NCBI RefSeq assembly: GCF_028368995.1
Contig: NZ_JAQNDL010000001.1
Span: 1,632,001 to 1,696,000 of the forward strand
Reading direction: 5' to 3'
From: Nannocystis bainbridge
Lineage (GTDB): Bacteria > Myxococcota_A > Polyangia > Nannocystales > Nannocystaceae
Length of the DNA: 64,000 nucleotides
The notes beneath the pieces were generated by a model, which was not told the origin of the DNA, searched no databases, and worked only from the letters and a program-made list of their open reading frames with translations. Below are positions 59,139 to 64,000 of the stretch, piece by piece. Every line of letters starts with the position of its first letter. Within the stretch, counting starts at the first letter, position 1. The position numbers and the translations under genes are program-made.

Positions 59139-59892
59139 TCAGCTGCGAGCCGCGCTGCCGGGCGCCGAAGGCTGCGGCACCGCGCCGCGAATGCGCCCGT
59201 CCGGGTGCGCGCGCAGGCGATCGAGCGCGTGGCGGTAGAGCTTCCCGGGCCCGTTCGGGTAGAGAAACGCGATCGCACCCAGCGCGCGCAGCACCTCCGT
59301 CTGCTCGCTCGATGAGGTCGGGGACCGCCGGCTTCGTGTCCGGTTCGCGGCGCAGCGACCGTGGGTCGCTGCGGAAGGCCTGCGCGTGCGCCGGGCTGTA
59401 GCCGTGGGTCGCGTGCGGCGAGCGGGCCTGCAGCTCGTCCAGGAGCGCCTGCCGGTCGTCGTCGTTCAGGTGCGTCGTCTGCAGCTCGACGCGGGTCCCG
59501 TCCTCCAGCCCGAGGGTCACATAGTCGTGGGTCCCGCGACGATTTCCGTGCGTGGTATGGCCGTAGATCCACACGATCTCGTCGCTGAGCAGCTGTTCGC
59601 GCCGGCCGGTGGCGGCCTGCCGGGGCCGAGCCGCGCGGCGCGAAGCGGCCGCCCGCACGCGGCGGACCATCGGCCACACGTGCGAGAGCTGCACGGCGAG
59701 CGCCATCAGCAGGATCATCGGAATCACGAAGATCGCCAGCGCGACCCCCATCTTCCAGCCGACGACCGCGCCGAGGCCCAGGCAGCCCACCGCCGCGATC
59801 GGCGTGAGGGAGACGAGGAAGACTCGCGTCGCGCCGTGCGTGGAGATCGATCGGAGGCAGCGCTCGAGCGCGGGCGAGGAGCTGACGGCCAT
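59139..59892 (-). pseudogene. Membrane protein, apparently frameshifted near 59310
   Basis: Two-TM ORF from 59892 has no stop before 58042; coding-like sequence continues in another frame to TGA at 59139. Confidence 0.45.
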
Positions 59893-60128
59893 GCCCGATG
59901 GTAAGGGCCCGTGGGGACTTTGAAGCGGTAATTCAGGGCCGCGACGGCGGGGGGTAGGGAAGCGCGCGTGGGTTCGTTCGCTCGCCAGCGGGACGAGCAT
60001 CGGCGGCGCTCGAGCCTCGCGCCCGACAGGTGCCGACGGCGAGGGTCCGGGCGGGCGTCGATGGCACGGCCGCCGCGGACGCGCCGGGCCGGCTTGCCGG
60101 CTCGCGCCGCTGGCATACACCCGCTCGG

Positions 60129-61475
60129 GTGTCGCCCTCGCGCCCTCGACCCGACCCGCTCCGCGCCCGCTCCGCCGCGCGCGTGATCGTCGTCGCGGCG
60201 GCGCTCGGCTGGCCTTCGGACCAGGCGAGCGCGGCGCCCCCGGGCGCGGACGGGCCGCCGGTCGGGCCGTCCGCGGTCGAGCGCATGGACGTCGACGCGG
60301 CGGTCGCGGAGGCGCTGCGGCTCAACCTGCAGCTGCTGGCGCAGATGCACGAGGTGCCGCTGGCGCGCGCGGAGGTGATCACGGCGCGGCTGCGGCTCAA
60401 CCCCACCCTGAGCCTCGGCGCCGATCACCTCGACCTGCTCGGCACCCACTACGACAACGTCAACCACGCCGGGCCGCAGGAGTTCTTCGCCCGCACCGAC
60501 GTGATGATCCGCGGCGGGCGCAAGCGACAGCGGCGGATCGAGGTCGCGGAGACCGGCGTGGCCGTCGCCGAGCAGCAGCTGCGCGACGCGGCGCGGCGGC
60601 TGATCCGCGACGTGCAGTGCGCCTGCGTCGACGTGCAGTACGCGGCCGCGGCGGTCCAGCTCGCCGGCACCAACCGCGAGCTGTACGCCCGGGTCATCGC
60701 GCTCAACGAGCTCCGCGTCGGCACCGGCGACCTGGCCCGGGTCGACCTGACGCGCGCGCAGATCGCCGAGCTGCAGGCGCGCAACGAGCTGCGGCAGGCG
60801 CAGGGGGCGCAACAGGTGGCGGCGAACAACCTGGCGCTGCTGCTCGGCCGCACGCGCGTCGCGGCTGCGATCTTCGTCACGGGCGAGATGCGGGCCGACG
60901 CCGGGGCGTACGCGCTGACCGACATCCGCGCGCAGGCGCTGCGACAGCGGCCCGATCTGCAGGCGGCCCGCACGGAGCTGCGCTTCACCGAGTCCGACAT
61001 CCGCCGCCAGATCGCCGAGGGCAAGGTCGACCTCTCGCTCGGCGTCGAGGCGCGCCGCCAGCAAGGCCTGGCCGGCACCGGCAACTCGCTCGGGTTCTTC
61101 TTCGTGGTGCCGCTGCGGCTGTTCGATCGCAACCAGGGGCAGATCGAGCGCGCGCGCCAGCTGGCGGCCCAGTCCGAGCAACGGGCGCGGGCGGTCGAGC
61201 AGTCGATCCGGATCGAGGTCGAGAACGTCCACGTCGACTACGAGGTGGCGCGCGACCTGCTGCGCAGCTTCGAGGGCGGGATGCTGGCCAAGGCCGAGCA
61301 GGTACTGGCGACCGCGGAGTACGCCTACGAGCGCGGCGAGGCCGGGCTGATCGAGCTGATCGACGCGCAGCGGGCCTTCAACGACACGCGGCGGACCTAC
61401 AACGAGGCCCGGGCGGCCTACGCCAAGGCGCTGTACGTGATCGACGCCGTGACGGCGCGGGAGACCCCGCAGTGA
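60129..61475 (+). CDS. TolC-family outer membrane factor (CzcC-like), start uncertain
   Basis: NPTL, QRPDLQAAR, PLRLFDRNQG, YERGEAGLIELIDAQR. Confidence 0.88.
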   Translation: MSPSRPRPDPLRARSAARVIVVAAALGWPSDQASAAPPGADGPPVGPSAVERMDVDAAVAEALRLNLQLLAQMHEVPLARAEVITARLRLNPTLSLGADHLDLLGTHYDNVNHAGPQEFFARTDVMIRGGRKRQRRIEVAETGVAVAEQQLRDAARRLIRDVQCACVDVQYAAAAVQLAGTNRELYARVIALNELRVGTGDLARVDLTRAQIAELQARNELRQAQGAQQVAANNLALLLGRTRVAAAIFVTGEMRADAGAYALTDIRAQALRQRPDLQAARTELRFTESDIRRQIAEGKVDLSLGVEARRQQGLAGTGNSLGFFFVVPLRLFDRNQGQIERARQLAAQSEQRARAVEQSIRIEVENVHVDYEVARDLLRSFEGGMLAKAEQVLATAEYAYERGEAGLIELIDAQRAFNDTRRTYNEARAAYAKALYVIDAVTARETPQ

Positions 61476-62638
61476 CGACGCGAGCGTGGCTCGTGATGTT
61501 GGCGGCGGGCTGGCTCGGGCCGTGCCAACCACGGGCGCCGCAGCGCGAGACGGCGGCCGTGTCGGCGACGTCGCCGCAGCCGGGCCAGCCGACGCAGATC
61601 GAGCTGCCGCCCGACTCGCCGATGCTGCAGGCGGTGCGGATCGGCGAGGTCACCGCGCGCGAGCTGCCGTCCGACGAGGTCGTGTCGCCGGCGCAGATCG
61701 AGATCGATCCGAGCCGGCTGTCGCACGTGCTGCTGCCGGTGACCGGGCGCGTACGCGCGGTCGAGGTGAGGGTCGGCGATCACGTGCGCGCCGGTCAGAG
61801 GTTGCTCGAGCTCGACAGCCCCGAGGCCGATGCGGCGATCGCCCACTTCGAGCAGGCGGGGGCCGACGTGCTGGCGGCGCGGGCGGGGCTGGCCAAGGCG
61901 AACGCCGACCGCGCGCGCGTGCTCGGGCTGTTTCAGCACGACGCGGTGGCCCGCAAGGAGGTCGACAACGTCGAGGCGGCGCACGCCGAGGCCCGCGCGC
62001 AGCTGGTGCGCAGCACGGCCGATCGCAAGCAGGCGCGCCGCCGCCTCGAGCTGCTCGGTCTGAGGGTCGGCGACCCGCGCGACACGATCGCGGTCGAGGC
62101 GCCGATCTCGGGGACGGTGCTCGAGCTGCACGTGGCGCCCGGCGAGTTCCACTCCGACACGGCGCAGCCGCTGATGACGATCGCCGACCTCAGCGCGGTG
62201 CTCGTCACCGCCGACGTGCCGGAGAACCTGGTCCGTCTGGTCACGCTCGGCGAGTCGATGCAGCTCGAGCTGGGGGCGTATCCAGGCGAGACGTTCGCGG
62301 CGCGGGTGGTGCGGATCGCCGACACGGTGGAGCCGAAGACCCGGACGATCAAGGTGCAGGCGGCGCTGCCGAACCCCGAAGGCCGGCTGCGCCCGGAGAT
62401 GTTCGGGCGGGTCCGCCACGCGCGGGCGTCGGCGGCGATGCCGGCGGTGCCGCAATCGGCCGTGCTCCACCGCGACGGCGGCGACGTCGTGCTGGTCGAG
62501 CGGGGCGCGGGGAGCTTCGAGGTGCGGCCGGTGACGATCGGGGCGCGCAGCGGCGAGTGGCTCGGGCTCACCGAGGGCGGGAAGGTCGGCGACAAGGTGG
62601 TGATCGACGGCGGGCTGCTGCTGCTGCCGCCGGAGTGA
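61472..62638 (+). CDS. RND membrane fusion protein (CzcB-like)
   Basis: VEVRVGDHV, APISGTV, TRTIKV...NPEGRLRPEMFG; GTGA overlap with the upstream gene. Confidence 0.9.
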   Translation: MTTRAWLVMLAAGWLGPCQPRAPQRETAAVSATSPQPGQPTQIELPPDSPMLQAVRIGEVTARELPSDEVVSPAQIEIDPSRLSHVLLPVTGRVRAVEVRVGDHVRAGQRLLELDSPEADAAIAHFEQAGADVLAARAGLAKANADRARVLGLFQHDAVARKEVDNVEAAHAEARAQLVRSTADRKQARRRLELLGLRVGDPRDTIAVEAPISGTVLELHVAPGEFHSDTAQPLMTIADLSAVLVTADVPENLVRLVTLGESMQLELGAYPGETFAARVVRIADTVEPKTRTIKVQAALPNPEGRLRPEMFGRVRHARASAAMPAVPQSAVLHRDGGDVVLVERGAGSFEVRPVTIGARSGEWLGLTEGGKVGDKVVIDGGLLLLPPE

Positions 62639-62644
62639 CAGGCG

Positions 62645-64000
62645 ATGCTGACGCGACTCCCGACGCTGGCCCTGCGCTTCCGCCTCGCGGTGCTGTTCGC
62701 GGCGGTCCTGTGGATCGCGGCCGGGACGTACGCGCTGCTGACGCTCAAGATCGAGGCGTACCCCGACGTCTCGGACACGCAGGTGGTCGTCGTCACGACC
62801 TTGCCCGGCTACGCGGCCGAGGAGGTCGAGCAGCTGGTGACGGTGCCGATCGAGCGGGCCCTCGGCAGCGTGCCGCACGTGATCGGCCGGCGCTCGCGGA
62901 CGATCTTCGGCCTGTCGGTGGTCGAGCTGACGTTCGACGACCGCATCGACGACCTGGTGGCGCGCCAGGTGGTGCTGGAGAAGCTGCGTGACGCCGATCT
63001 GCCGCCGGGGGTGTCCTCGTCGCTCGGACCGATGTCGTCGGCGATCGGCGAGATGTACCGCTATCACCTCGTCAGCGACACGCTGACGCCGATGCGACTG
63101 CGGACCCTGCAGGACTGGGTGGTGGCGCCGCGGCTGCTGCAGGCGCCGGGGGTGGCCGATGTCGTCACGTTCGGCGGCGAGGTCCGGCAGTACCAGGTCG
63201 AGCTCGACCCGCTCGCGCTCGAGAAGTACCACCTGTCGATCGAGGACATCGACGGCGCGATCGAGGACAACAACGCCAACGCCGGCGGCGGGGTGATCGA
63301 CAACGGGCAGCAGGCGATCGCGGTGCGCAGCGTGGGTCAGCTGCAGTCGGCGGAGGACATCGCGTCGACGCTGGTGGGCGTCGACGACGGGGTGCCGATC
63401 TTCGTCCGCGACGTCGCCACGGTGCGGATCGGGGCCGCGCCGCCGACAGGCATCTTCGGCATCGACGCGACGCAGGGCGGGGTCGAGGGGCTGGTGCTGA
63501 TGCGCCGGTGGGAGAACCCGAGCGAGGTGCTGGCGGGGATCCACGCCCGCGTCGACGCGCTCAACGCCGGCGAGGAGCTGGCGGGGGCCCGCATCGTCGG
63601 GTTCTACGACCGCAGCGAGATGGTCGGCCGGACGCTGCGCACGGTGTCGCGCACGCTCGCCGAGGGCGTGAGCATCGTCGTGCTGGTGCTGGTGTTCCTG
63701 CTCGGCAGCGTGCGCGCGGCGTTGCTGACGGCGCTGACGATCCCGATGTCGCTGCTGTTCGCGTTCGTGTGCATGAAGCTGGCGGGGGTCGCGGCCAACC
63801 TGCTCAGCCTCGGCGCGCTCGACTTCGGCATCATCGTCGACGGTACGCTGGTGATGGTCGAGGCGCTGGTGCACCGGCTGCAGCGCCGCCCCGACCCGGG
63901 GGCGCCGGCGACGGTGGCGGAGCTCGACGAAGCGGCGTGCGCGACGGCGCGGCCGATCGTGTTCTCGCTGGCGATCATCATCGCCGCGTACCTGCCGCTG
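62645..64000 (+). CDS. czcA: CzcA/CusA family heavy-metal RND permease (3' truncated by window edge)
   Basis: IEAYPDV, AAEEVEQLVTVPIE, SRTIFGLS, ANLLSLGALDFGIIVDG; absent from the ORF track because it runs off the window. Confidence 0.88.
   Translation, partial: MLTRLPTLALRFRLAVLFAAVLWIAAGTYALLTLKIEAYPDVSDTQVVVVTTLPGYAAEEVEQLVTVPIERALGSVPHVIGRRSRTIFGLSVVELTFDDRIDDLVARQVVLEKLRDADLPPGVSSSLGPMSSAIGEMYRYHLVSDTLTPMRLRTLQDWVVAPRLLQAPGVADVVTFGGEVRQYQVELDPLALEKYHLSIEDIDGAIEDNNANAGGGVIDNGQQAIAVRSVGQLQSAEDIASTLVGVDDGVPIFVRDVATVRIGAAPPTGIFGIDATQGGVEGLVLMRRWENPSEVLAGIHARVDALNAGEELAGARIVGFYDRSEMVGRTLRTVSRTLAEGVSIVVLVLVFLLGSVRAALLTALTIPMSLLFAFVCMKLAGVAANLLSLGALDFGIIVDGTLVMVEALVHRLQRRPDPGAPATVAELDEAACATARPIVFSLAIIIAAYLPL

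Overview
High-GC window that looks myxobacterial, probably Nannocystis-like (inference from many Ser/Thr-linker lipoproteins, four eukaryote-type Ser/Thr kinases, two ECF sigma factors, a PAS-PAS-STAS sensor and sigma54 promoters). About 45 CDSs; no rRNA, tRNA, CRISPR or intact transposase seen. Main points: (1) a 735-aa in-frame fusion of a HflX ribosome-splitting GTPase to a macrolide phosphotransferase (Mph), preceded by a sigma70-like promoter, an 8-codon leader ORF MVFFIRLR* with the RLR macrolide-arrest motif and a long hairpin, which suggests an inducible two-in-one macrolide resistance system; (2) a dispersed intergenic family of palindromic RRRCATGYYY units in strict 14-bp phase at about 11 loci; (3) a Mycobacterium-like ethR/ethA pair with a recognisable operator; (4) two stand-alone GspC-type PDZ proteins, each behind a sigma54 promoter. 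The window starts inside a GlpF/aquaporin gene and ends inside a CzcCBA-type RND efflux operon. All calls were made by eye and no searches were run.
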